Position numbers and translations under genes: made by a program. Below, piece by piece: positions 38,991-53,300 of a stretch of DNA of 64,000 bases. Each line of letters begins with the position of its first letter. The first letter of the stretch is position 1. Source of the stretch: Azolla caroliniana (lineage: Eukaryota > Plantae > Polypodiophyta); assembly GCA_043228905.1 (NCBI GenBank), contig JBHGNT010000015.1, positions 16,058,001-16,122,000 on the forward strand. The letters are read 5' to 3'. The notes below the pieces were generated by a model. The model was given only the letters and a program-made list of their open reading frames with translations, was not told where the DNA came from and searched no databases.

Positions 38991-40085
38991 CGTCGTGATA
39001 AGGCATCAACTTTACCTTGTTGTATTCCTGGTCAATATGTTATCACGAAGTTGAATCGTGTTAGAAATTATGCCCACCGAGCTTATCGTTGATTTAGAAC
39101 TCAAGCATTTTGAAAGTATGTGAGTTTCTTATGATCATTGTTGTTAATAATTAGGTAATTAAACATGGGTTAAGTAGTACCTAATTATGTGATTAAGTTA
39201 AGCGGAAGATTAAGTGATATGTGTGTGAGAGGAAGAGAGAGAGAGAGAGAGAGATACACTTATGAACAACACAAGATGGGGGATGAGTAACTATATTAAA
39301 TTAGCATTATCATCATCAAATACAAAAATACCCACAATGAGGTATATATACATCTCATGTGCAAAGGTGCACATGTGTGAGTAGAATATAGGTACTAAGG
39401 TGAAGTCCTATATTAAATGTACTTAGGAATGGAGGATCTAGAATATCCCACTTAAGTACAAGGTCTTATTTAAGGCGTTATAGTCAACATATCTAACTAG
39501 ATTCTATCTAGGTAACTATGAAGTTACATGGTTGACTAACTAACTAAACTAAGTTGAGCTTGATCTCTCAACAATTGTAAACAATAATTTGGTTAGGGAA
39601 ACCTTACAAGAAGTGATGCCATTGCTCAAAAGAATCAACAATTGCCAATAACTCTTTCTCATGGATTTCATAAATGATTTCTCTAGGTTCTAGCTTTCTT
39701 GAATGCAATGCAATTGGTTGCAATTTCTCATCATGTGCTAATTGTGATAAAACACTTTCTAGTGCAAAATCGGATGCATTTTCTTCTGTGGTAAACGACT
39801 TTTCTAGGTCAACATGAACAAAACATGGAGCAAATGTAAATGTTTGCTTCAAGTTATCAAATGCCTTAGCTACACTTGATGTCCATACAAATGATCAATT
39901 CTTCTTTTGTTAGTTCTATGAGGGGTAAGACAACCTGTGAGTAACTCTTGATGAATTTGCGGTAAAAATTTACAAATCCTTAGAAAAATTGTGCATCGCG
40001 AACTGAACATGGTGTCTTCCAATCTAGAACCATTTGTACTTTCTTTGGGCCGATAGAAATACCCTTAAACGACATCTCATACAAC
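38985..40085 (-). mobile_element. Ty3/gypsy RT-RNase H fragment split by a solo LTR
   Basis: GFVNFYRKFI, ASDFAL..VLSQ, YEIHEKELLAIV..F..W.HFL; after the LTR it continues DHKKLTYF..ARWA.FL.RFNF.I.Y.PG....VDALSRR. Confidence 0.88.
39142..39573 (-). mobile_element. Solo LTR (432 bp) with perfect 5-bp TSD
   Basis: TG...CA ends (minus strand TGTTGAGAG...ATTAACA); ATTGT at 39137-39141 and 39574-39578; removing it restores the gypsy RNase H frame. Confidence 0.93.
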
Positions 40086-41766
40086 TGCATATGAACTTTG
40101 AGTCGTACCTAATAGTGGAGTGCCCTCATCACGCCAAGTATATTCACCCCAAGGTTATAGGCTCAACGTAGTTAATTGTCTCCTATGAGGTTATCTGGCT
40201 AGCCTTGCTATTTATAGTCAGACCCAAGACCCAACAAGTTCAGACATGGCCTTTAAGGGTTGTCCCAACCCATGTGATTAAAAGTAATCCTCCCTTTACC
40301 TCAATCAACCCTCACATTCATATCCTCGTATGTACAAAACTACGGTAAAAACTACCATGGGATAAGTTATGGTTATGTCTGTAACGTACAAGTACAATCA
40401 AATAATGTGGCCCATCATCAGATAAAGACAAGTGAAATGTGGGACTTACCAAAACAAGAATTGATTCTTAAAGAAGGATTCAGATTCCTCATTTTCCTAC
40501 ATTGACTACAAACAACATGACTGAGAAACAATTTAAAAATCCTCTTAGCAATAAGATCTTACTCAAATTTGAGAGCCTTTAGACGGAGTTCCATCCTGAT
40601 CATGAAGCCCCCATAATATCCTACTTCACCTAATATTATTATTTACAACATAATAACCTATATACAACTACTTGTGGCTTTCACCAATTGGCATTTGGAC
40701 CATCTTTCTCATCATCTTTACAAAACAATTATAAATCTATATGAATGAAGATAACAAATTATACGATGGAAAAATAGTCAGTCTTACCATTGGCAATATC
40801 CATTTTGGTTTTGGCAAATCAAGTTATTCACTTGTCTTTGTCTTAGCAATGACCTCTCGTAGTGTTCGAAGAGGGCAATAATAATATCACTATTCTTCCC
40901 CTTGGGGTAATTAGATTGTTTTGTTCAAATTATGGACGGAACAACATCTCAAGAAATTCCTAATGGTTCAGCCTTGAGTCATGAACCTTTCATTAGATCA
41001 TTTCACCTATGGGTCTACGTTGTTTAGTGAGGAAAGTGCCTTCATTTTGGAACTCATGCCGAACAATCCAAATGGGCAATAACCCATGAGGTTGGATTCA
41101 AAAGACTTGAACGAAGGAGAAAAGGTTTGTCAAGGACATGCTCGTTGAGATTCTTGGTATTTGTAGAGGATGAGGTAATTTAGGTTTTCCACACAACTTT
41201 GGTGTGGCCAATGTTAAGGTAGTAAGATGAGGTATACAATGTGCATTTGATGTTCCCTATCTACACTGGAAATGGCATGAAGCTGGTGTTGCTCTTGTAG
41301 GTGATTCAGTAATACACTTATATTGATTCAAGCATCTTGCTCTAGTCTTTTTGGCATTGTTTCTTGAAGTCTAGTTATTAATCGACACCGCAAAGCCATT
41401 AGCTAGATAATTTATTCTATCAAAAAGACCAGAAAACAAATTTGTGGGGTAACACAGTTAAAAGATTTTTGCATTAATGTGTTGTATTCTTCTTTTAAAC
41501 AATGATGAGAACACTCGTTCACATAGAATTCCTTTTGCTTCTAGATGCGATCCTCTTTGTAGTAATGGATTACATAGGACTTTGTGTTATTAGTGACCAA
41601 TCCCTAGAAACAAAGAACAAACAAGTGTCATTCTTGATTGGTAATAAACGATGTCAAATATGAAAACGTAGTCCGTATATTTAGAACAAGAGACATCTCT
41701 TAAAGGAATTAGGCAAAAACAAAAGAAAAAACATGACTGTGTGCATCAATTTTATTACTACCACTC

Positions 41767-42372
41767 CATAGACCGACATATTTGCATTTGTGGGGTTTCC
41801 CATTCAAATGCAAACGAATACGTATACGAATGCATAGTCAAGTATTCGTTTAAAAAAAAAAGAGAGAGTACATGAACTCCCTCCTTTTTAGTTTCCTCAA
41901 TATAAAAAAGGGACTATTAATAAATTTTTATAATAAATGTAAAAGTATTCGTTTCATTTTTAATAAACAAATAAAATAAAATAGAGGTTCAGTAATTCCT
42001 TACTTTTTATTCTCCCAAAAATTATGGATATTTTTATCTGACATTAAGAATGCGACTTCACACTAATCATATTTCCATAATAAATATATAAATATTCATT
42101 TTTTTCAAATAAATAAATAAAATAAAATAAAGGTTCAAAACTCTCCCCTTTTTTATTTAATACTATAAAGGAGAGTTAATACTAATCATATTTTTATAAT
42201 CTATTAATGAATGACTGTTCTTTTTTTACTGATTTTTAAATTAATATTTTTTGTATATTTATTTTGTAAAACGAATGATTTTATAATATTCTTGGGACAA
42301 TTTCGTATCCTCGAATATTGCGAATAACACGCATGGAGAATATCGTGAATATCAAGCATGTGTCAATCTATA
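41767..42372. mobile_element. Putative hAT-like MITE with AT-rich core
   Basis: Imperfect TIR CATAGACCGACATAT / ATGTGTCAATCTATA (11/15); CGAAT-rich subtermini; TSD unclear. Confidence 0.5.
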
Positions 42373-44311
42373 TAACTCTAGTTTACGATGACGTTACAAA
42401 ACCCACACTTTGCTTACCTTCTTTAGGCTTATACGATCCGTTGAAGAATAATTTCCTTTCAGCATTGTGTACTTCCTTGATTTGAACCCGCATAAAGCTC
42501 TACATCTTTGTAGACTTTAATGCTCATCATATATATTCATGATCTGCAAAAATATACACCAAAATGGCCATTATGGTATCCTCTTGGAAAGAAAAACATC
42601 AAATTTTTACATAGACTGCATCAATGTTCATGTGGAAAATGTGGCAAGAGAGCAAGATTGCAAAGCACTACATGTTTTTTTCAACAAATACAATCTCCAC
42701 TATTTGGGGAGCATGCACAAAAAGCCATAATAATGTCCTGTGGAAAATGCAAGAAAAGCATGGTTGCTCCTAACGGTATTGTCTCAACATTCACTGCCAA
42801 ACAAAATCTATGTCTCAACATAGGAGTAGAAACTAGGACTGTAGTCTTTTCGACTATTTGTGTACATTTTGGTTCTTTTTTTTTTTTTACTAAGAGTTCC
42901 ATCCCTGGCTGTTAGGACTTCTAACGTACACATGGAAAAAGACTCTCTCAAAGATAACCATAATGCAGTATTGATGATCAAATGTGGCAGTTTTTTAAGA
43001 GTAAATCTCCATCATGGGCGTAATTTGTATTCAGACTTTATATGCCTGAAGTTGCACCAGTTTATATATTTTTTGGACACTGGTGCTGGAGAAGTCGTTA
43101 ATAAGATCCTCGGTGTGGTTAAAACAGGGCATACACTCTCTTATGAGCTTCTATGCTGTCTATTTTAGGATGCTTAAGCAGACTTAGTGTCTTAAACTCA
43201 TTGAGTTATTTGTGAAGTGAAAATGAAAATAAGATACTGAGTGTTGATCGGATTTCTCACCTATGAAATGAGGGACAGCCAATCCAATTAAATGATTTCC
43301 ATATTTTGAATGATGTTTCTCGATGGGTTGATGATGTCCACAATAACAGTTTATGCTCTGTTTGTGCACATAACTAATGTTATTTGCAAAGATGATGGGA
43401 TTCTCTCACTAATTAACTTAACCTTTTGTGATGATATCGAAATACTACAGTGGCACATAATAAAGGTACTTTAGACTAAGGTATCCCAGTGAATGGTATG
43501 GGAAAAACACTTCTATACTTTGGAAGAAAAAATTAAAAGATCGACTACACATGAAAACCAGAAATGATCAGAAACCAAACATGACTTCTTACCTCCATTT
43601 AAATCAAAATTGTGTAAATTGATCCCATTTTAGATGTATGTGGATATGACCTCTGGATCATTAGAATCTGCACCTTTGAACACACAGCAACATGGCATGA
43701 CAAATTTCCTGTTTCCAGAAAGAAAATCTTGCTCAACTCTTAGACTTTCTTAGTGTTTTTTTTCTTCTTATTACGCCAATTGATAAACAAAATCCTTCCT
43801 CTTTCTGGTTCTTCAAATGTGACCATTATAGACATCGTCTAAGTGAATGCCATATGCCTGAATGTTTTCTATTCTTGCCGGTTCTTCTTTTCTTGAGGAG
43901 TCAGTTTTGCAATCATGCCCTTGTTTTGACAGTTAAGGTGTTCGTCCTCATTATTTAAATTGATTTCCAATTTATCGTAATTGGCATTCTTTCTATGTGG
44001 AAATGCACTTTCCAGTATTCCCAGTAAATGGGGTGTTTTGTCATTAACTGTATAGATATCCTCTTTTTAGAATCTAATTTGAGATATCTGCATTTCAAGG
44101 TACCTCAAAGCACATTTTTAGCATATAAACTCTTATGTAGCCTCCTACTTCGGCATGTAACGTGTTTAAAATCACAATATTTCTTTCAACTATCTTCAAA
44201 TTTTTCTTGCTGGCACATCCTGAAAGAGTGTGTAGTAGTTCCCTTGCAGTTTAATTCCTCGCAATTCAAATATGTAGAACCTTTCAGTTCTCATTATATG
44301 TTCATCATATC

Positions 44312-47300
44312 TCAGCCACCATAAATAAGCTTCGTGATGTAAGTTCTCCACGAGGGTGATGGATGAGGCAGTATACTGTGAGGACCTATTTTTGAGTTGC
44401 ACAAGCACATTTCATTCTTTTTTGTATTGTCAATGTGTTGTTCGGACGTCATCAAATCAGTAAAAACTCTCTGAGATATATTGGCAGCAGCATGCATCTC
44501 CATTTGATTCTTTCCATCAGGCACTTCTGTATGTAGCTTCGTATGTTTCATTTCCAGATTCAAATCTGGCATTCCTTTACAATCTTCAACATTATTAAGT
44601 AAGTTACTGTAGCCAATTCCATCTTTTCTTAATACCATTTGTAGCTGCTCCAGTTTCTGAATAACTGCATCCAAGGTTGGCCTTCGATGTGGATCTCTTA
44701 CCAATACAAAATTAAGAAACTCCATGATTGGTTTGAAGTTATTCAGCTTTGCAGCCTTCTCATCAGTAATAAGCTCCTGCCAAAAAGAAGAACAGATCTA
44801 GATAAAAAAACTAATGGAAATGATCTTATGTCTCAAACGTTAAGAGTGCTCTTTTCTTTGAATATTTCTGGTTCAAACAAAAATGAAGTGACCATCTCAT
44901 TCTAGGCATTTTTTACACGTTTTCACCCCCCATTGAGGTAATATGTATTAAAAAAAAAGACAGAATGTGTTTAGACAAGAAATTCCCATTGATGGAATGG
45001 TTTTGGAAAATAATAAATCCCCATATAGCACATGAAGGTGTAATTTGTGAGACAAACCATTCATCCTATGGTTTGACAATGTGGAAAAGAAAAGAGTTTT
45101 TCTCTCTGAAAGAGAACTAAGGGAAAGAAAGAAAGAAAAATTAACATCCTTTAAGAGGACCAAATGGGCTATAAGACCAAACAATAAATTACATCTTAAA
45201 ATGTTGTCTCATCTTTGAGAACAGCAAACCAAATAAGCGTAAATAAGTAAATAAGTAAATAGAAATAGAACAAAGATGTGACTAAAGAATCTTATCATTT
45301 ATACATGTAAGATTCTCGTCATCTATTCATGTATTGTGTTTCTTTGAAAGATCCCTAGAATAGGTTGATTAAAAAATAGAGAGGTTTTTGAAGCAAGGGA
45401 AGCACCTGCGGTGGCAGAAGATAACGGCTTTTATTTGTCCATGACAAGGGTGGCGAGATAATGGTCCATGAGGCCGGGGCCTATGTGCATGACAATTGCT
45501 ATTGCCCATATCTATTGTACCGTATGTCCTGGTTGGGAGCCCATTTGTACAGCCCCTACTGACTTGCAGCCTAAGTAGGAGTGATGGACCAAGAGAAAAC
45601 TGTGATTTTCCTTTGTTGATGAGCTTGTGTGGCTGTGTTATTGTCCTTCAATTTCTCCTTGTACCTCTTTAGTTCTAGCAAGAGAAGACCAAGCACCATT
45701 GTCCTCATATTCCATTACCTTGAGTAATGGGCCAAAGCCTTACTTAAAGAGGCAATTGTATCTCCCTCTGATTTCATAAAAAACAGTCCAATGACAAACA
45801 TACTGTTCTTCAGATTCCACTCACTGGTGACACAATTGGCAAAATAGATATTCTAGAGGTATTCATTCATATCTTCCTATCTCAACTGATGTGAAGAAGT
45901 TTGCAGCTGCCCTATCACGTTTCACAGCATAAAGGATAGATGTATATCCATATTAGAGGGGCTGATAATGAATCGATCCTCTAGTGTGTGTAAAAGGTGT
46001 CTTATAGTGGCCATCTTCCTACCAAGAGATGTTCTGGGGTCGATCCATGTTATTTCATTTTCCAACATGATAATATCAGTTCGGATCACTCTATTCTTTT
46101 CTACTTTGAACATATTTAGACGGGGACACCCAAGCTATGTAGGAGTGGGGGTAGTGTGTTTATGTTTATGCCATGTGACTCGAACCATTTGTGGATTTCA
46201 TCATAGCAACAATGAATATCTCCATGTTCAGCAATTTGTTTTGATGGCATAAGTGCCATCCTTGAGTACCTTCATTTAGGGAGCTCCCAAAGTCGTTGGT
46301 TACTGCCACTGGTCACTGATCCAAATAATGTCTTGATGATTATTGGGGCACCAACCCTTTGCTCCTTATCATACGGGCGATCATTGAGGCAAAAGATCTC
46401 TCTGAATCTTTCCAATTATTTGCCTTGTTAAGACTCCCTCCCAGGTTTCTACTCCATAGAATAGAGTTGGTGTGACAAGTGTATCAAATACCCACAGCTT
46501 AGTTTGTGGGGCCTGGAACTTCAAATGTGCACATTGTCTTTCAAGAGCACCACGGGCTGCATATCCATGAGAGAGTTGAATACGACCAGCCTCTCATAAA
46601 AAGAACTGAGGTCCTTTGAATGTTACTCCTAGGTACGTGTAGGATCATGTATATGCCACCTTTTCCTCTCCCAAGAAGACTTCTGGCTCTGATCTTTTCA
46701 ACTATGCTTGTGTGGTGTTAAACAGCATCATTTTAGTTTTATATATCTTTACCAACAAACCTTTATCTGTACAAAATACTTGTAAGGCATGTAGATGTCT
46801 TTTGTAGACCTTTTCGAGCGTTGGAGATCAGCACAATATCATCAGACAGAAAAACTATTTGCATGAGGATCTTAAAGATTCCACATCATCCCTTGTACAG
46901 AGCATATGAAACATACTCAGAAGTCAAGAGAAAAAAGGAACATTCTATAGAGGTACCACAAGGATAAAAAAAGAGAAAAGGGTCTCATGACAATGCATGG
47001 GATACCAGGCCTCATCATTTACTTTGTGTTACTACAATGGGCTAAGTGCAAGATGCCTGATGCATTACCTTTTTATCATGTTACTATGCTCAAGAATCTA
47101 CTTACCTCCGAAGGCAATGTTACACGAATGAAAAACCGGGTCCAATCTTCATCATACAAAAGGTACTCTCCTGTTAAAAGTTCATACAAGAGGCATCCTA
47201 AGCCCCAAACATCAACGGCCCTACCCACACTCTCATCTTTTTCAGCAAAATTCATGAGGTTATCATCCTGTTTATTAGTAGATAGCAGCATCAACATTTC

Positions 47301-50300
47301 TGGGCTTTTGACATATTCAGTCCCTCGATTACGGACAGTGCATTCCCCACCTTGAAGAATGGATGCCTACAAAATAAAACATAAAACAGGGAAAGTAAAT
47401 TAAATCTTACAACGTTACACTGTTATAGACAAAAAATATGATATTTTACTACTGAGGAAAGTCCTATGGTGCTGTATTATTGTACAAAAAACACCATATA
47501 ATGAAACTCATCACAGCATTAAAATGTGCTTGACACAATGGGCTTGTATTAAAGCTGGTATTAAGCTAGCAACTAGAATAAAAACTAGGTGATGGATGCA
47601 AAAAGAAGAGTGGCCCAAAAAATAAAATCTCGAAGAAAAGCCCTGAGAAAAAACACAAGTTTCTACCCCTGGTTGGTACAAATACCGATTGTACAGGGCA
47701 AACATGGAATTTTGTCTGACTCAAATTCTGTGCTTTACTTGGAAGTTTTAGGAATCACGGTATCTTGACTCTCACTCTTAACATGTCCCCAGGAATTTCA
47801 GGTAGGTGCAAGTTCTCACAGTTTGTGACCTACCTTGCGATCAGTTACATAGATCGGTTGGTGCTCCTGGTGTCATGGTGCTTTTGTGCCATGATATTGA
47901 AACAAATTTAATCACATTAAAAATAAATTGAGGAGACAATTTTCAAACCCGGCACCTCAACATGATAAAGAAATTGGAACTATCAACGAGGTAGTAGTTA
48001 TAAGCCTTAAATATTCCTAGATATGACTTAGATGGAGGGACAAAACACATGCATGTGTCTACACTAGGCCAAAGGGTAACTTAGATGAAGCAAAAAGAGC
48101 ATGCGTGAGCAACCACCTGTGAGCTTTCTATTATTCATATTTAATTACCATGAAAAAGGCAGCTTTTCCTGGTTTTATCTTTTTTCTATGATTTTTATGT
48201 CTCTCCAAAGATTCAAACTTTTAACCTCTTTTATCTAAGCACAGACGAGTTTCATTATGCTATAGATTTCTTTCATGTTGTAATGCCTTAAATCTCATTA
48301 TATCATCCTTTTTCTACCTTTCCTTCTATTATTTCCATCACAATACCAGCCATTGTGAATGTCAGAGTGCCTTAGCATTTAACCTCTTTTATCTAAGCAT
48401 AGACGAGTTTCATTATGCTATAGATTTCTTTCGTGTTGTAATGCCTTAAATCTCATTATATCATCCTGTTTCTACCTTTCCTTCCATTATTTCCATCACA
48501 ATACCAGCCATTGTGAATGTCAAAGTGCCTTAGCATTTATTCATGCCAAGTCTGAGGTTGAGTTAGTTGTGTCATAGGTTGCCTCTCACTAAGTATTTTC
48601 CATTCTCTTTTTACTTGCTTGTCCTAGGAGCAACTCGTACACCGCTGCTTCAATATTATCTCTTCTCCCTCGCAAGTCATTTTTCATTGCAAAATTTAAG
48701 AATGTAAGTCAATTGGCTTTGTTTGGAAATCACGTGATAGATTTTCTAGCCTTGCAATTGGTTGCAAATCACTCAGTTATGATGGCATATGCAAGTTGAT
48801 CTTTTAGATAAGCATGTCATTTCATAGAATTCTTGGCAGTCATGTTGATTTGAACATTAAGACCTTAAAGGTATTTTATGTAGTTCTTGTATTTATGCTT
48901 TGCATACCTTGCTTTGCCCAAAATCTGCAATACAGACTCGAAAAGGAAGGCAGAAGCTCTCCATTATCTTTGACAAAACTGGATTCCAAAATTCTTCTTC
49001 AGATTGGATGGTTTCCAATGGCTCCAAAAGAATGTTGTCACATTTAAGATCGTAATGCACAACATTATGCAGCTCAAGAACCTTAACCTGGTATCCCCAG
49101 ACCAAGCATTAGAAATACAATTGGTTTTTATGTTTCATTTTCATATTAATCATTTAAATTGGCTTCCTTATTTAGCACACAGCTGATGTCAAATGAATGT
49201 TAAAAGAAAAATTTGACAAATCTCAAAAGGAGTCTTACTACTAGATATCAACCTTTCAAACAAACACGATTTTGATAAAATATGTGTGAATTAAACTCTT
49301 TCTAGGCACAATCTCTTGGGTGCCTTTGAGCAAGAAAAAGGAGATAAACCAAACTATGGATAATTCAGATGTGAACATAAAAGGAGATCCTAATGGATTC
49401 CCAAAAAACAACAATATGTCTTCTTCCCTCATATCCAATCTTCGTCAATTGTAGCTTTGAGATTGAAAATGTGATCAAGAATCGCATATCTTCTTATTAT
49501 GCATATTTCCTTACCTAAATGGCCTACTGACTTTGCCCAGTAATGAGGATGCAATACAGAGTAATCTGGATTCAGAATAGTCTAGAGAACTCAATTGTGT
49601 TACCTTCTTTTTCATAAGATTTTGAACCGATCATGAATTTTAGTGACTCATTTCTCACCCTAAGAAATGATCAGCCCAAAATCATTGACTACAATCTATA
49701 GTTTTTCCAAATATCCTTGGATCGTCACCAGCATGAGGACCTGCTCTATTTAGAATTACGAATCTGTTGTAAAATTTTGTGATCCCCCACTTGAAGCAAA
49801 ATGAAATGAGTTTACACAAGGAAATTTAAAACATTGTTTGGGAATGGTTCTTACTGCTTGAAGCACAGCTTTGTAAATCTCTAAGTACAGTGGTAACTTC
49901 TCATAAAAAGCTTGGCTAAGCTTTTCAGAAGAATCTTTTTCTCTTTTATTAAATTGAATATCATGACGTTGACGCCAATGACGAAGGCTACACTTATAAT
50001 GTTTGAGAACAAGTATAAATGACTCGATATCAACACCATAATCTAATAACTGGCAAACCCTGTGATCCCCAATAAACTTCTCAAGAATCTCTACTTCAGA
50101 ATAAATGTCAAAAAATCTACAAGGATCATATGGTCCTTTGGGTAAATCAACTGTCTTCAATACCACTGACTCGCAAATTTTTCTGTCTCCATCCATCTTC
50201 GTGAATGTTGCTGCATACACCTACATTGGGAAGTAATCCACGAGTTATCTCAAACACCACAAAAACTAAATATATTTCAATCATGTCAGTTCTACCATAC

Positions 50301-53300
50301 ATCTGTGCTCACCTGAGAAGAGGCACCATGAGCAATACGATGCCTATTTGTATACAAAGAAGAGTCAAAGTGATCTCGCCATACTAGCTTGAAAATCCTA
50401 CAAACCGATGGGGAAAAGCTCCTCATCCTCTGGCGAAGAAAAGGCAACAATATGGCATTGGCTGTATGATTAATATCTGGTTCAATCATAGTAAGGAGCA
50501 CTTTGTTTCGTATCAATTTTTCATACCTAAACTGATTGTTATAAATTAAGAGATAACTTTTCAAAAAGGTTGAAGCATGCTTAGACGTACACACTAATAG
50601 ACACTCCCATATTTTCCAATAAAACTGTAAATTTAATAAATCTGGCATTCTTCCTGTGATATTATGTTCTGCAACAAAGACACTCTATGAAATCTCACAG
50701 ATATTCACCGCCATTATTTATATTAGCTTCTACATTAGGGGACACAGTTTTTCATACCCTCTCATGACTGGAAAGTCTGTGTCCTCATGTAGGATCTAAT
50801 AGGCATGGTCATGAGCCTTTGATCCTAGTAACCTTAGGATAAAGTTTGCAGAACACGAGGATTTAACTAAGAGTTAAAAGGCCTAAAAATTATTAGAATG
50901 AATGATACACTGCATTTTGTAGATCCGAAAAATGCAAGAAAAAATGACACGTGTCCTCAAACAAGGCAAGCACACCCCCTTTAGGACGTCAATGCCATGA
51001 AATAGAACTATAAACCAATTATGCAAATGCCGTTTGAAGATGACCATCAGTATGATGTATATCACTACTGCTTAGAGAATAGCAGTTCTTTAATTTTTGA
51101 GCTATTTAAACTCTTAACACGGAGAGCTTATCAAAGGCGTCATTCATCATTTGCATAAAAGAGAAAAAAATTGCTGTTTTTGCAAAGTTGTTTCCTCACT
51201 AGAAAAATAACACCATGAGAGTTCTTGCCAAAGGATACGATAAAGAAGGTAGAATGGAGCATTAATCCTTTGGCCATCCATGGGAAATCTATCAGTGTAA
51301 GAGGTATCCAAGGTACCCCTGCAGCAGGTAAAGGACATGTTATGCTAGTGAAAAGAGAGACCTTCGCATAGAATTAATTTTAATCAGTATTTCATCATTA
51401 AACATTATACAAAAAATTATGAAAGTTCCTTACTGGGGAGTAATCATCAACGACACAAAAAGCTCAAGAAGAAGCACATGAAGTCTGGAGTCACGATATA
51501 TGCGTCTTTTTATTCGTTCACTCTCATAGGATAAATAGACTGTTCTATTGATATCCACAGAATATATAGCTCCTGAATTGAATTCGTTGTTTCTTGAGTT
51601 TTCATCATCTGGTTGAATGTGAGTTTGGGACATTTTCTTCTTAAGAAATAAATCTTCTTCTACAGATTCTCTTAATGAGCTAAGATCTTCCTCCCCTTTT
51701 CTTGCAGACTTGGGTAAGTTCAATTTAGGCACCATAGGTCTTCTTGTACTAGGTGTCATCTTCTTTGATTGCTGATTTGTGGTGATAATCGGAGATATTT
51801 CTGAAAGCTTTCTATTAATTTTTTGATTGGACATTCCTGATTTTCTCTGCAATGATGCCCTTTTTTCATCTTTCTGACAATCAATTTTCGATGCATCTTC
51901 CTTGGCAAGCTCCTTTTCTACTTCTTCATTTAAATCACAAAATCTACCACAGTAAACAAACTTATTATTGCTTTTGGACACATTTGAATTATTATCTTGC
52001 CTCTCTCCTTTTCTTTCAACTATCGACACAGCATTACAAGAAATATTCTCATGATCAAAGATGAGTGATGATCTCTCAATAAGTCTTGGATCAAGATATC
52101 CATAATCCTTGCAAGCCCTTGAAGATACAGGGCTTTCCTTTAGTTTCTTCCTTCTTATGGTCCGACATCTATCAGAAAATGCCTTAAGAGAATGAGGAAA
52201 AACTGTGAGAAGTGTAGAGTGCTTCTCATGTTTCAACGATCTTCTGCAATGATCTTGAATGGCAAGTCGATAACTTAGACCACGAGAAGAAACAGGAAAG
52301 GAATATTTTTTGCTACTTTCTGTTCTACATGAAGAATATCCAGACTGATGAGTTGAGTTTTTTATATCATCTTTACAGTGTATTGACTGCTGCTTTAACC
52401 TGACACGATTGCAATTTAGTGCTGGCAAGTAAATTTTCGTTTTTTCATTTTCCACATTGGTGTTTGAAGCATTTCCATAATGTTGGCTCAAGCTACTTCC
52501 ATCATGATTGGCTGTATGATGTTTTCCCCATTCAATGCTTTCTACTGCATTGGACACTGATGTATTTTCAGCCAAGATTCTCTTGCTGTGAAAAAAGACA
52601 TTATCTGCCAACAGATTTTGTGAGTCAAAATCATTTGATGTTCTGGGTTGGGGTGGCAAGACTGCATGTAAAAGATTTTCTGAAGAGGATTCCCTCGGTG
52701 TAACAACATTCGATAGTTCATATTCCAAAGCCATTTGATGTACAAGAAAATCCATTACTTTGAGCTGCTTGAAACGTCTGCTAACATTTCCATTTTTATT
52801 CTGTGAGAGTGCCAGAAGAACTTCTCCATGCTTCCTGCATGCAATGCTTATCGTCTCATCCTCTGAAAACATGGTTGTGCATAGATCTGCTAAAGAAGAG
52901 GATTCCTGGATAGAAAGGGTTTCTTCGTTCTGAACATATGATGACTGATTTCCTTCTGATACATCAATATTGTTAGCAGCTGCGTGATTCATTGATCTTT
53001 TCTTCTGTTGACCTTCTACCTTCCAGTTATAAAGCTGCAAGAAGCAAAGAAAATGATAATCCAAGAAGGCATCAACGTAGCTTTGTTTCAGAAAAGGGCT
53101 TTCAGATGCAGTTTCTGGCTTCACAGTACACTCTGGGAATTTGAGACTAAACACTTTTACCAGAAGATTAAGACACTCCTCTTCAATAAGCATAGAAATA
53201 CGTGAAGCAAGACCTTGAACTATTATCCTAGCTGTACAACTCTTGCAGAGGCAGCGACCAGAATCGCAATGAGAGTGCACTGAATGGCAAGATGATTCGA

